A stretch of DNA of 64,000 nucleotides from Octopus sinensis (lineage: Eukaryota). The translations under genes were made by a program, and so were the position numbers. Each line of letters starts with the position of its first letter. Position 1 is the stretch's first letter. The notes under the pieces are model-generated. The model was not told the DNA's origin and made no database searches. It worked only from the letters and a program-made list of their open reading frames with translations. The stretch lies in assembly GCF_006345805.1 (NCBI RefSeq), contig NC_042999.1:74090001-74154000 (forward strand), written 5' to 3'. Shown here piece by piece: positions 50,785 to 64,000 of this stretch.

Positions 50785-51320
50785 TGCATTCCAGAAGGTT
50801 TGAAACTTTTCCAGGAGAGACATTTATTAATTTCAAAGAAGGACAATACTCTAATATTCTTTAAAATAAGATCCTTTTACTTAAATGCACTTGTAGCACT
50901 CCAGCCACTTCGTAAGGCTCCATGAAAATCCCCCAAAGTGAAGCTATCCAAGACCCTTGTCACAGCTGCCTTTCTCTTCTACAGCTTGAGGGACAACCAA
51001 ACTGCAGGGAGCAAAGTCTGGTCTGTAGGGAGGGTGAGGGACAGTTTTGATGCCCATCTCTGTCAAATAGCTGATTACTGTGATAGAATTGTGGACTGGT
51101 GCATTGTCTTGGTGCAGGTACTTTGACCTTCTGTGATGAAATTTCTTCTTTAACCCACTCAAAAACCTTCACAATGTACTCTTTGTTAACTGTACGGCCA
51201 GAGAAAATCCAGTGGATGCAAATGATGCCCTTGCTGTCGAAAAAGGGGCTCGTCATGAGCTTACTGGGGAACTTGCTTTGCCTGGCTTCTTGTGCCAGTG
51301 AAAAACAATTGTTCAGCTCA
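50785..51320 (-). mobile_element. Mariner 3' fragment
   Basis: FFDSKGI, LHQDNAPVHNS, HPPYRPDFAPC. Confidence 0.85.
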
Positions 51321-52046
51321 TACAAGTTAATCTATAAGTAGCCTGGAGCATTTATTGCATAGCAAGCTTCTAAATTGGTTTCATGTCCTGACTACATTCA
51401 GCAAATTAGTCAGCTATAACAAACAGTGTTTAGTAGAGTGTGTTCAAAGTGCTGTTACAACTGACTCCTTCCATCTGGAATAAAATAGTTGACAGGACAA
51501 TTTATTTGTTGTATCATAATGATATACTAAAATTACAATAATTTAAGACAGTTATAAGCACTTCTAGAAAGATTGTCTCAAAATTTCTGTAATGCACTTT
51601 GTATTTGTCACCAATTCACTGCTGACTTTTTATTTTTAAGTTTAATTACAAGTCATGATATCCAAACATTTCTCAGAAATTAGGAGACTAGATAAAGTGA
51701 AATGGTTTCTACCAGCTTCTTCATTGAAAATTTACTATACTCACCAAAAAGAATTATTATTAGGTGCAAGTTCAGTAGTATGAAGAAATAGTGGGACGTG
51801 TTCAGTCAATCCTTTCAATATCAAACACTTATTTCTTACAGTTTTACTTCACCATTTCTTTTCAATTTTTTAAAAAGACTTTGATGGAAAGTTGTAATAT
51901 ACATAAATAACTTAAAGAGAGTAAAACAACTTTAACAGGAAAGTGAAATGCATTGTAGATTTGAGATACCAAGAACACACTGTATTTTCCCTAGCATTCA
52001 TCCAGCCACAAGGTATTAATATAGAAAAACACTCTTAACAACTTAC

Positions 52047-52198
52047 TTGTATTGGAACAAGTCACATAAGTGGTATGGCAATTGCATCGTCCAGCACAAT
52101 TGTATACATTCCATCGACGATAACCAGAATAATAAGAATATAAAGTATAATATTTCCCAGTCACGTACGTTTTTATGTATGTTTGAGTTGTAGTGGCA
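52047..52198 (-). CDS. Host protease exon: probable C-terminal half of an SRCR-like domain
   Basis: tttgtcacag / gtaagt; open frame ATTTQTYIKTYVTGKYYTL...NCAGRCNCHTTYVTCSNT; phase 1 end fits exon 50303. Confidence 0.7.
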
Positions 52199-52249
52199 CT
52201 GTGACAAAAACAAAACTTTGACAATTACTTTTCAAAATTCATTTCATAT

Positions 52250-52990
52250 TTTAAAGTAAAGGCTATTTGTGAACATAATGTGGCTGTCCTGTAAAGGACT
52301 ATGTCACTGTTGCTTTAACCCCAAGAAACAGCGTTTCTAGCTGGCTATATGACACATCAGTGTTGTTGTATTTTAGAATAGGGAGTTCAGCACTCCCACC
52401 TAGCGCAAAACAACATCTGTGGACTTTATCAACACAGAGTAGCTGCTTGGCCAGATTTCGTTGCTGAACCCACCATACGAATATATAGTTTTCAAAGTGA
52501 CACACAGTCACTGATCTAAAAATAGGAATATTATTTCTAAATCTCTGAAAAAGAGACATTAGTGGCAGTTCTTTAAAATAAAGGCCATTTACCACCATAA
52601 TGTAGCTGTCCTGCAATGGACGATGTTACTCTTGTTTTAGCCCCAAGAAACATCATTTCTAGCTGGCTATACGAAATAATATCTGTGTCATGTGTCACTT
52701 TGAAAACTATATATTTGAATGATGAGTTCTGCAATGCCATCTGTGTTGATAAAGAGCAATAACCCAGAAACTAGTCCACAGATGTTTTGTGCTAGGTGGG
52801 AGTGCTGAACTCCCTGTTCAAAAATATAAGGACACAGATATTGTGTGATATAGCCAGCTAGAAACGATGTTTCTTGGGGTTAAAGCAACAGTGACATAGA
52901 CCTTTACAGGGGATGATGTTACTTTTTTTAAAGAACTGTTACTGAATGTCTCTCTTTGAGAGATTTAGAAATAATAATATTTCTATTTCA
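52250..52990. repeat. ~322-bp unit in partial tandem plus inverted arrangement
   Basis: 52250-52350 recurs at 52571-52675; 52690-52990 is an inverted, circularly permuted copy. Confidence 0.75.
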
Positions 52991-53704
52991 TATTTTACTT
53001 TGCATAATATATATTATTTTCAGGACATCCATACTTTTGGCATGGGATAGCTTAAATTGCTTTTAATTGTTAGCAGTTGAAACACTACATCCTTTAAGAC
53101 TTCCATACTTCCTGAAATCCACCAACAGTACACCTGATGCCCCACCACCTATGTTTCTTCTTTTTCTTTTTCTTCTTTAAGACTTTTATCACTGTTCTCT
53201 TCCTGTGCATATTCTGCTTACTGTTCATGCCGTTTTGGTTACTTTTTCTGATGAGTTATAGTGCACCTGAGCACTGTATATAATTCTTTTGTTACATATT
53301 TCATTACATGCTTAATGATAGTAAAATAAAAATGGCACACTTTTATTCAATCACATTTTTCATTTCTGTTTAAAATATGCTTAAGATATAGTAAATGTAT
53401 CCTCTTCCTGGTTGTCGTTGTTGTCATCATCATCATTAACCTCAGCATCACAACTACCAACACATCACTATCATTTAACATATGTCTTCTGTGGGGACAT
53501 GGGGTGAGTGGTTTTACAGGATCCAATGAGTTAGATGATTGTATTGTACTCCAATGTCTGTTTGGTATTGTTTCGATCTATCTGTATATATTTGTTTGTT
53601 CCTAGGATCATGGTCAGTCTACTTAGAATAAGGAATCCCAAGTTACAGGAACATTCTATGTGTGTGTATAAAAATGTTTTCATACTTAAATATATATTGT
53701 TTTA

Positions 53705-54225
53705 GCATTTAATTAGGAAACAGTGGTGAGTAAAAATTCTGTAAATAACAAGCATTTACCATGTATTGGCTATAGAAAATAGTCCAATATTGGGGAATAT
53801 AAGACTTTGATGGAAAAAATGGGTATTAGCATGTGTGGGAATTGAACTCATAACTTTAGCTTTTTGTGATAAGTGTGTTGATCGATTACACTAACTTACC
53901 CACCAACTTCGTTCTGTTAGATTTAAGAACTATAATTTCATGATGTTGTATAAACAAATATGTGCTTGTTCTGCGTTAGATTAAGAAACAGTGATGAGGG
54001 AAAATTCTGTAAATAATAATTATAAGCGTTCACTATTTATTGGCTATAGAACATAGTCTAACATTGGGGCATATAAGCCTACATGTACTACATGTACTAG
54101 TACCCCTTCTTTGCCATTGAGAGCTTATATGTCCCATAATTAGATATAATTAGACTATTTTCTATTGCAAAAACATGGTGAAGGCTTCTAAGCTTAAAGC
54201 TTATAATTGTTAATTACAGAATTTA
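53705..54225. repeat. Degenerate direct (~270-bp spacing) plus inverted repeat
   Basis: GAAACAGTG.TGAG..AAAATTCTGTAAATAA...TATTGGCTATAGAA.ATAGTC at ~53717 and ~53985, reverse complement at ~54085-54224. Confidence 0.65.
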
Positions 54226-54231
54226 TACATG

Positions 54232-54293
<62 letters not shown>

Positions 54294-54630
54294 CAAAAGA
54301 ATGAGACTGCGATATTAGATAAATAGAGGATTATTTATATATGTTATAATCTAGAACAAATAGTAAAAAGTTGTCATTATAGTTCTCGGAGTTTTGAATG
54401 TCAGAGTGAAGAGATACGATGCATTCTCATCAGTTTTTAATGGTGAAAGATGCTATGAAAATCCGTTGAATAAAAGAGAAGTTGCTCTAATTGGTAGAAA
54501 AAGAAAAAAGATAAAGAATGCATGCAACCATACTATCATAATACATAGACATAAACCTCCTGTGTTCAAAATGTCTACATACGTACACACTCACAAGCAC
54601 ACATGTATACGTACATGCAAATACACACAG

Positions 54631-54667
<37 letters not shown>

Positions 54668-54844
54668 TATACATGTCTGTGTGTATTTGCATGTACGTAT
54701 ACATGTATGTGTGTGAGTGTGTACGTATTAATTATCTTTTTTAATAATTTGATATATTTGAATAATATAAATTAATTAATCTTATGTATTGGCTTAAGTT
54801 TTTCATTGTATGATTTACCTAATAGTGGTTTTATCTCTAATTTA

Positions 54845-54877
<33 letters not shown>

Positions 54878-54880
<3 letters not shown>

Positions 54881-57123
54881 TGATTGATTGATTGATTGAT
54901 TCTAGTTTCAGCTTATGAGCTGTGGCCATGCTGGGGCACCGCCATTTGGTGTTGCTACTTGGTTTCACTTCATGGAGGCTTTCTAGCAACTGCTATTTGG
55001 TGCATGAGAGAGTTCGATGCAGCTGCCCTCATCTGCCCCTCCTGCCGTGAAGTTGGTTCATCTGGGACACCTGACAGGAAGAGATCCAGCTTCATTTTAA
55101 AGACATCTGTATCCACCCCATGCAGGTCTCTCAGGTTCTTCGGGAGGATATTGAAGAGCTGTGGGCCTCGGAAGCCCAGGCTATCACAGAATCTTGTCCT
55201 ACATCTTGATGGCAGGTTTGGAGTCCTAGGCACCACGCAGTGGCGCCCAGTTCTGGCATTTGCGTAACTCTCGATGCCAAAGTTCAGGACACTTCCCTCC
55301 AGGATCTTCCAGATGTATATTATGGCATATCTTTCCCGCCTATGCTCCAGGGAATATAATTTTAATCTCTTGAGTCTTTCCCAGTAGCTTACATTCTGCA
55401 TAGAGGCTATCTTCTTTGTGTAGCTTCGTTGGATCGCCTCAAGTTCTGTGATCAACTTGACACTGGATGGTGACCATAGCTGAGAGCAATAGTCAAAGTG
55501 GCTTAGGACAAGTGTCTTCCAGAGGACCATCATGGTTTCTTGTTCTCTTGTTCTAAAGGTTCTAAGAATCCATCCAGCCAGCCATCTACATTTCATTGTC
55601 AGTTTAGCAACATGTACATGAAAGGTCGCGTCATCACTCATGTGAATACCCAGGTCACGCACTGATTGTGCCTCTGGGATTGCAATCCCTCCGGGTCCAG
55701 TGTATTCATTGGGTATTGCATTCAGTTTTGCATGCTGATAGTATAAAGCTTGAAACTTTCCAGCATTGAACTGCATGCTATTCTTTTCAGCCCACTTGTA
55801 TATTTCGTCCAGCTCACATTGCAGGTGTTTAGTGTCCCCAGGGTTCTGTATTGCCTGTGAAACTTTTGTATCATCTGCATAACTTGTGATCGTGGCTCTC
55901 TGCGTGGCTGGGGGCATGTCTGAGAGGGCCATTATGAACAGTAGTGGTCCCAGAACAGTGCCCTGCGGAACACCGCTCACTATTTGTGTGTTAATGGAGG
56001 TGGCCCCATTGGCTACTACCACCTGACTTCTATCCTTCAGAAAGTCATGAAGCCATTCTCCCAGTTTTCAACTATGTTGAGATCACGCAGTTTGTGACAT
56101 ATCATTCCATGATCGACTTTATCAAAGGCCTTTGCAAAGTCGAGATATATCACTTCCACATTTGAGTGGTTGAGCAGCCGTTTCAGCACCCAGTCATAGT
56201 GTTGTAGGAGCTGAGTTAAACAGCTTCTCCCTGGTCGGAAACCATGTTGGGTGTCGGGCAGCAAGTCATTCTCTTCAAGGAAGGTGATCAGCTTCCTTCT
56301 GACTATTCGTTCCATGACCTTGCTGATGTGTGAGGTCAGAGAGATAGGTCTATAGTTCTTGGCTTCCGCTCTGCTACCTCCTTTATGAATGGGGCATATT
56401 TTACCTTCCTTCAGTTTTCCTGGAAGTTTGCCAGCTGCAAGGAAACTCTGAAAGAGGAACTGCAGTGGTCTTGCTAGGACTCTCTTACATGCTTTTAGGA
56501 GGATTGCCGGGAATCCATCGGGGCCAGTAGCTGAGTCTGTTTTCATTTCATCTATAGCCTTGGTTACATCGTCTTCCTTTATATCGATGTAATCTATCGT
56601 CGCCGCCTCTGATTTTATATCTGCAGTGGTAAAAAGTCAGTTGGATTGGTGATTTGGAGATGCCCAAGGGGTGGAGTGAAAACACTCTTGAATTGCTCAT
56701 TCAGTATTTCACTTACCCTCATTGGTTTTCCTGTAAGTGTGCCATCCTTTTCGAGGAGTGGCCCTATTCTACAGTGCACTGTAGCTGTTTCTTTGGCATA
56801 CCTGTAGAAAGCTCTGGGGTTAGATTTTATGTTTTCTATAGCCCAGGCTTCTTTGTCTGCTCTTTCTTTTTCATGGGAGAGTTGCAGACATTTTTCGATT
56901 TCCAACAGTTTTATTTTTAGGCGGGACTTTTCACTGCTTTCAATCTGTTTGTTTAGGCGATTTGAAAATTTTGTACGCCGTCTCATTAAAATTTTCCTCT
57001 CTCTGGGGATTTTGTTCTTGTGTACAGTGGCCTTTCTCTCTGGGACACATTTGTAGCATATGGCTTGCATTACAGACATGAATTGTTGAAGTTTCACGTC
57101 GATGTCTGAAGTTTCACGTCGAT
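54878..57123 (-). mobile_element. Young 5'-truncated CR1-group LINE (RT) with (AATC)n tail, inserted in (TA)n
   Basis: GPDG, NYRPISLTS, QHGFRPGRSC, YLDFAKAFDKVDH, SGVPQGTVLGP, YADD, RDLG; only two frameshifts (~56060, ~56635). Confidence 0.93.
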
Positions 57124-57264
57124 ATATATATATAATGAACATATATATATATATATATAATGAATATGTGTACCTCATCCTCATTTACACATAGGTGTTT
57201 ACATGCTTACAGGTAACATTATACATATATATTTTGACATCTATACATATAAATATACATATAC

Positions 57265-57295
<31 letters not shown>

Positions 57296-57452
57296 CAGAC
57301 ATGCATTTACACTCCCGCATACATGCATATACATACATATATATATAAGAATAGCCTAGGCAAAGTTATGTAGGAGTTGTGAGTATGTGCTGTTGCTGAC
57401 AAGGCACAAGTTCTTGGCTTCATCAGAAAAAAGTGCCATTTAAAAAAAAAAT

Positions 57453-57759
57453 TTATGTTTTAATGTCTTTTTTCAGTTGCTGTTGAAAAGTGATAAAGGA
57501 CTTATGAAATTTGGTTTTGTTTATAAGCTTCAGTAGATCTGTTTCGGAGCCTTCTAAGTCATTGATTTGGGGAGGGAATTTCTTTGATTTAATTTCATGG
57601 TATATGTTCTCTGTGATAGACTCTTCATTGTTGTAATGGAAGGCCTTCCATCTCATACAGTTAATAAGATCTGTAATTTTCTCCACTAGTTTTTTAGACT
57701 ATAGTTCCCTGGATGGTATAGGAAGTTTTCATTGAGTAATTGATAGTGTAAGGATCCAT
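57453..57759 (-). mobile_element. Penelope-like element ORF N-terminal fragment (Naiad-type motif)
   Basis: NYSMK.PIPS...EKITDLINCMRWKA...KSKKFPP...DL..LI...FQQQLKKD; recognised from memory of the family. Confidence 0.65.
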
Positions 57760-58161
57760 ATTAGATTATATATCAAGGGTAAAGACCCCCTTCGGTTATG
57801 AATGACCATGAGATTATAACTAGAAAGTTATCCTCCAAAGCACAAGTCCAGGCAAGGTTGTTTATGGAAGACCTGCAGTCTACCATACATACCAGCCGTG
57901 ACCGATTTTATTTAAGGGAAAAGCAAAAGTCACTGGAAAGGTTGTGAATGGCAATTTAAGAACTTTGCCGAACAAGAAATTACAACCCCACCCACAAAAA
58001 GCTAAAAAAAGAACACCAATTGACAGTTTAACCAACAAGTTAAACAAATGCTCGATTAGTGAGATAGATATTTAACCAATTGACTAAGAATAAAGAGTGG
58101 AATTGGACTGGTGCATATGTTATTAATATTGGTGTAATAACTATCCTTAGACACAATAATA

Positions 58162-59435
58162 TATTAGGTTGTCAAGAAAGTTCTTGCAGTTTTTAACCTT
58201 TAGATTCAGATGCACATATCTCAGCTCAAACAAAACTTTATTAATCGAAATAAACACCATCAGAATCAACACTTTGCCAACGTTAAGCAAGTTTATTTTT
58301 GCCAGTAGCGTAAAAATCCTGCGTTCTGGTGGCGAAGATGTTATTGAAGGCGTGTTTGGCATCGTCTTGGTTTTTGAAGCATTTTGAAGTTGTTGAGATG
58401 CTTGAAAAAGTGGTAGTCGGTAGGCGAGAGGTCTGGTGAGTATGGCGGATAAGGCAGAGTTTCGTAGCCCAATTCGTTCAACTTCTGCAGGGCCATTTGT
58501 GCGATGGTGGCTGAGCATTGTCATGGAGAAGATTTGGTCCTTTTCTATTGACCAATGCTGGCTGTTGTCAGAGTTTCTTATGCATTTCATCCATTTGCTG
58601 ACAGTATTTCTCCACCGTAATGATTTCGCCTGGATCCAAAAAGGTGTGATGGATGTGAGCAGCTGCAGACCACCAAACAGTCACCATGAACTTCTTTTGG
58701 TGCAACTTTGGTTTCAGGAAGTGCCATGGAGTTTCATCGGTGTCCAACCACTGAGCTGAGTGCTGCCGGTTGTCATAAAGAATCCACTTTTTATCGCAAG
58801 TCACAATCCAGTTGAGAAACAAGTCGCTGTTGTTGCGTAAAAGAAGGGAAGACGACAATTCAAAACGACATTTTTCTTTGGTTGTTGTTCAATTCGTGTG
58901 GCACCCATTTCTCAAGTATTTTTGTTTTTCCAATCTCTTTCAAGTGGTTGGAAATTGTCATATACGTTACGTCTAATTCAGAAGCAAGATCTCGAACAGC
59001 TGTGCGTGGATTGGCTTCCACTAAAGCTCTTTGTTGATCGTTGTCAACATCCAATGGCCGACCACTACGCTTATCATCTTCAAGACTCTCGTCACTGCTA
59101 CAAAATTTCCTGAACCACCATTGTGCTGTACATTAATTAGTGGTTCCTGGGCCAAATGCATCGTTGATATCGTGAGCTGTTTCAGCAGCATTTCAACCTA
59201 GCTTGAACTGGAATAAGAAAATTGTGCAAATTTGCTTTTTGTCCATGTTGTATTCAACATTCCAGAAACAAATGGCCTAATAATTCAAAAAGAAAAATAG
59301 TAACATGATTAGATAGAGCGAAAAGAAGGCTTTAAAAGGATATATAAAGTCAAAGTAATTTTAACGAAAATTAATTTGAAAATACATCATTTAAAACCAA
59401 AATTAAAAATTCCGCAAGAACATTCTTGACAACCT
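58162..59435 (-). mobile_element. Full-length decayed mariner
   Basis: TIRs AGGTTGTCAAGAAAGTTCTTGC / GCAAGAACATTCTTGACAACCT; WVPHEL, IVTCDKKWILYDN, FMVTVWWS, YSPDLSPTDYH. Confidence 0.92.
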
Positions 59436-59900
59436 TGGAAGTTACCTGTCCAGCAATTGTACTATTCAGAGATATCGAGAAAAAGATCAGCGTAGCTCAT
59501 AGTGCTTTCAGAAATCTTTCAAAGAGAGTCTTCTCAAACCATGACCTCACCATCCAAATGAAAGTCATGGTATTCTGGCCTGTCATTCTTTCCATAATAC
59601 TCTATCACTGTGAGATATGGGTATTTTATTGATGTGACTTAAAGAAAATCAAACATTTTCAGCAGTACAAACTTTGCGCAATCATGAGGATTCGATCGAA
59701 GAACTATATTACCAATGGAGCGGTACTTTTCTGGTCTGGACTACTGTGCATTGAATCTACCATGGCATAATACCACCTCCACTTGTTATACATATGCCTC
59801 AAATGTGCTTTCCCTGTCAAGTCCTCTTTGTGGAGTTGGTCTCATGCAAAAGATGACATGGAGCTCCTAAATTCTGTTTCCTTTACCAGCTCAAGGTAAC
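59436..59900 (+). mobile_element. Decayed RTE 3' fragment
   Basis: DIEKKISVAHSAFRNLSKRVF...ILYHCEIW. Confidence 0.7.
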
Positions 59901-61794
59901 TTTCTCCACTGCTCCTTTGACCCAAATATGAAGGAGAAAATCACCAAGGATCACCCAAAGTAGCTGTATGTTATCATCAAAGGAATGAACCAGATGGGAA
60001 ATAACAAATGTTAACAGGCAGAGATCAGACGTCAAAGACACAAAGAATAACCTGCATTTCCTCATCCTCTACCAACCCCTGGCTCTTCTATAACACCCTT
60101 GACCTGAACTGCCACCTCAGGCACCAGCATCCTCTGTACCCATCAGGATGAAGAGGCACAGTTACTTGCTATAGAGTAACTGCTCGAATATGAGTTAATA
60201 CTGCTGCTGATGATATATAAATGTATGCCTGTGTGAGTGTGTGTAGATCCTCATCCTTTAATGTCTGTCTTCCATGTCAGCATGGGTTGAATGGCTTAAC
60301 AGGTTCCAATGAGCTGAAGGACTATGCTGAGTTCTGATGTCTGCTTTGGTATGGTTTCTATAGCTGGATGCCCTTCCTTATGCCAACCTTTTTAAGGAAT
60401 GAACTTAGTGCTCTTCGCATAACAATCCAGTAGACAGATCATCAGGTAACTTGTAATACAAAGGAAATGAAGAAACCCTCTCAACAGTTGATTGCAGTTA
60501 TACAAAGGGGGAATCTGGTTTTATGCCAGGTGTTCAGAGGCTAAAGCATGATTGAGGGATAGGCACATGTATCTTACTATAGAAGAGATACATGGCTACC
60601 TCCCATTATATAGGAGTGAGTGGGAGTAGTTGGAAAGATGGGAGAAGTGTTGATGGTGAGTTATTGAAGCATTGTGTCAAGGTACAAGAAGGTGAGTATA
60701 CAAGAGAATATGGACAGGAATGGGAACATGAAGCTGGATAAGTTCATTGGTGTGTGAGAGAAGAGTGACAGATGGTTAGGGATGGGAGTAAAGGTTAATG
60801 TAAATGATGTACAAGTGTGGAGGTGTGGTTGATGGTAAATATTAGTATGAGGGAGAAAGTGAAAGAAATAACTCAAGAAGGGGAGATAGTAAGTGACAGT
60901 ACAGGAAGCATGTGGTGAGTAGTAATAGAAGCCTGCTGGTAGATCAGACAAGGGAGAGGGAGAGGGAAGGACAGAGATAGAGAGATAGAGAGAGATGATA
61001 GCCATAGGTATATAACAATGGTCATAGTGTTAGAGAAGAGGTACAGCAGTTCTAAGATGTAACTCAAGGGAGAGGGAAAGATATATAGAAGTTATTTAGA
61101 ATGAGGGATAGATGTTAAAGAAAGCAATTCCAGGAAGAGTGAGAAGTAACTAATTGCACAAAGGCAAAAAAATAGGGGCAGATTTTGTATAGTTATATAA
61201 CTTCTGCAGCCCAATAGTACCATCGTTAGAGGAATGATAAATAAGATGGGTGTTTGGAAAAGGAAAGACAGGGAAAACTTAACAGGGACAGACTGGGTTC
61301 AGGGAAAGGGCCCAGTGGGTGCATATATATAAACTTAATGATTATAGGACCTTATACTTTCACTGTGAAAGTTGGGTCATATTAAGCACAGTAAAACACC
61401 AACGATCTCAATCTTTTGTCACCTCCACCATGAGGTTCAATATCTTGAGATCAGCCTTCACTATTTCATCCCATGTCTTCTTCCTTCACAAATTCCATAC
61501 ACTTTAAATGATTGGCACTTCTTTATGTAGCTGCCATCATCTATATGAATCACATGACTAAACCATTGTTTGTACACTACATCTGATTCTTTGTATATCC
61601 ATTTTTTTCTCTCAACATATTTTCACTTTGTTGTATATGTACACTGATGTTGCACATCCACTGGAGCATACTAACTTCATTCCTTTCTAGTTTTTGCATA
61701 CCCTTAGCATTCAAGGCTCATGCCTCACCATTATGTAGCAATGCTTTTCATATATAGAAATATATATATGAAAGTTATATATAGTCAGGCACTC

Positions 61795-64000
61795 GTCGTG
61801 ACAAGACGTACTTTTTATAGCTCCTGTCAGTAACTAACCAAAGAAGCATATTTCAACTCAATTTAACTCAACTCAACCCAAGCCAACATAAACTCTCCTT
61901 GTTTTTAATCTCAAAACTTTTGAACTCTACAATCCTACTATACTACTCTTTTACTACCATCGGAGGATAAATTTATACAAATCTATATACAACCTGAAGA
62001 AAGAAATACAACCCAAAACTAAATACTAAACCCAAGACTAGTTCTAAAACTAGTCCCGTGAGTACAATTCTTTTTCTTGATCTGTATTAAACACACCGCT
62101 CATCCTGATTGTACTAATTACACTGAACTCTCACACACACAAGCCACGAATTTCCGAGTATATCGACACAAACTTTTCAATGGTGTATTCACTATTTTAC
62201 ATCAAGCCATCAATAACTGGTGTACATATACATATACACGCATACACATACATATATATATTACACAACACTACCCCACTGAATATGGCCAATAATTTTC
62301 AAAAACGCCGCTGGGTTGAAAATGAAATTACTGCAATGATTAACGCTTGGTTCATCCATCACAACGAAGCTAATGTTTACAGTAAAATAACTGAGGACTT
62401 AGCCAAAAAATCCTTTCACAGATCTGTAAAACAGATCGAAAATAAAACAAAAAAAATTGTTAGAATATTTCCTATTTTTCACTAGCACATGGCTACACTA
62501 GAAGCCATTCTTGCCAATGAATCCAGTACACCAAATGACCAAATTCCAACAGGTCAGGGGTCACTTCAACAGCAACAATCAACTGACCTACTTCCATTGA
62601 CAACAGCACCTGATGAACCAAGTCAAGTTTCACTGCTGCTACAGCAACAAAAACAACAACAACAACAACACTCTAATACTACCACTAGTCAAGTTTCAAT
62701 GCTGCTACAACAAAAACAACACTCTACTACTACTGCTACCGCCAGAATAGAAAAATCACTACTACATCCACATAAAACTATCTGCCATTACTACTCTCAA
62801 GGCAGCTGCAGATTTGACCACATTCTGGCAAGCCAGAACCCACCATCACAAAATCAACAAGCTGCTTCTAACACTACTGCTACTACTGCCAGAATAGAAA
62901 AACCACTACTACAACCAAATAAAACCCCCTGCCGTTACTATTCTAAAGGCAATTGTAGATTTGGCCCCAGCGGCTCAAACAACAATGGACGCTGTGCTTT
63001 TTCCCATCCTACCATATGTCATAGACTTGTTATGGGCACCTGTCTATATAGTATAACAGGAAAAAATTGCCCCCACCTCCACCCCAAATACTGTCCTAAA
63101 TACAGAATCCATGGTTCTGATCCTAAATACAGATGCACAAAAGGCAATGGATGCACCTTATTCCATCCTAAACTGTGTCAAACTTCTGTCTCACAACGGA
63201 TGTGCCTGAACCCAGAATGCAACCACCACCATCTGAAGGGCACAAAACGATCACAGAATAAATATAAACAGGAATAGAGGAAATCTAGGACAACAACAAG
63301 AACAAAATACAACCACGTTTCCCCTCCTACAATCAAACAACGTAGACAGAACCATGAAAAAACACCAAATAACGCCAACATGAAATATGTATCCTCTGAC
63401 CAAGTGGCAAACCAAACAAGTAACTCTTTTTTACTGACATACCTAGAAAATATGAAGGCCGACCTAAGCCAGGAGATCCAGCGAGCTATCACCAACCATC
63501 TATGCAAATCACAAGGACCACTCACCTATTACCAACTTCCCTTACCTCGACATTCCTGTTAAATGTACGTGGCATCAACCCATCAATTATTGCCCCAAAA
63601 TGGAAGATCCCATATATAGAGTTGGCTTGCCGAAATGGCACATTGCTTCCTTTTCTTTATCCTTACCGAGACTCACCTGAACAACACCCATATGGACGCA
63701 GAGGTGAAAATAAAAGATTTCACCATTGTTCGTGCGGATCGCACAGACCGAAATAAGGGAGGGACAGCCATCTTCATCCATGACTCCTTTTCACTTGATG
63801 CCAAGGACATTTTTTCCAATGGCTACTGTGAATTGGTATCACTATACAACAAAGCCAAGGACATAACCATTGTTGGTCTTTACAGGCCTCCCCAGGCACC
63901 TCTAAAGTACTTTGAAGAGTGCCTTAGCAAAGTCAAGTCCTTCCTTCGGAAGTACCACTCCGCAAACATACTAGTGATGGGTGATTTTAACCTCCCTCAT
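61795..64000 (+). mobile_element. 5' end of a CR1-group LINE: 5'UTR, ORF1 (Myb/SANT-like + CCCH fingers), start of APE endonuclease
   Basis: 62285 MANNFQKRRWVENEITAMINAW..RSVKQIENK; CRYYSKGNCRFG..C.FSHP repeats; from ~63555 LNVRGI, LTETHL, RADR..GG.AI, YRPP, VMGDFNLP; some stops and frameshifts. Confidence 0.88.

Noticed and set aside
51745-51810. Hydrophobic signal-peptide-like frame before a gtgagt donor (minus strand)
   Set aside because: No ATG or acceptor, and an upstream in-frame stop.
53248-53285. CTGATGA followed by a hairpin
   Set aside because: No GAAA box after the stem.

Overview
AT-rich, microsatellite-rich metazoan DNA. The repeat content resembles octopus/cephalopod genomes, but that is inference. 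Most of the window is intronic sequence of one minus-strand host gene, for which I could join 8 phase-compatible GT-AG exons (52198 down to 16504): a partial SRCR-like domain, two LDLa repeats, an SRCR domain and the first two thirds of a trypsin-like serine protease. The introns hold decayed Tc1/mariner, Dong/R4, RTE, CR1-like, gypsy, Penelope-like and SINE elements. Two things stand out. (1) An ORF1-only (RRM + CCHC knuckle, no reverse transcriptase) 1.7-kb retro-element forms a head-to-tail array at 1-4299, with the same 14-bp spacer at every junction. A distant decayed relative sits at 43445-45150 with its own target-site duplication, and both end in a hairpin+AATAAAG(G)AAAT terminus that a local SINE also carries. 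(2) A non-coding ~484-bp retrozyme-like repeat with an intact type I hammerhead ribozyme is arranged as tandem plus inverted copies, giving a ~590-bp near-perfect palindrome at 34195-35568. All calls were made by eye; no searches were run.
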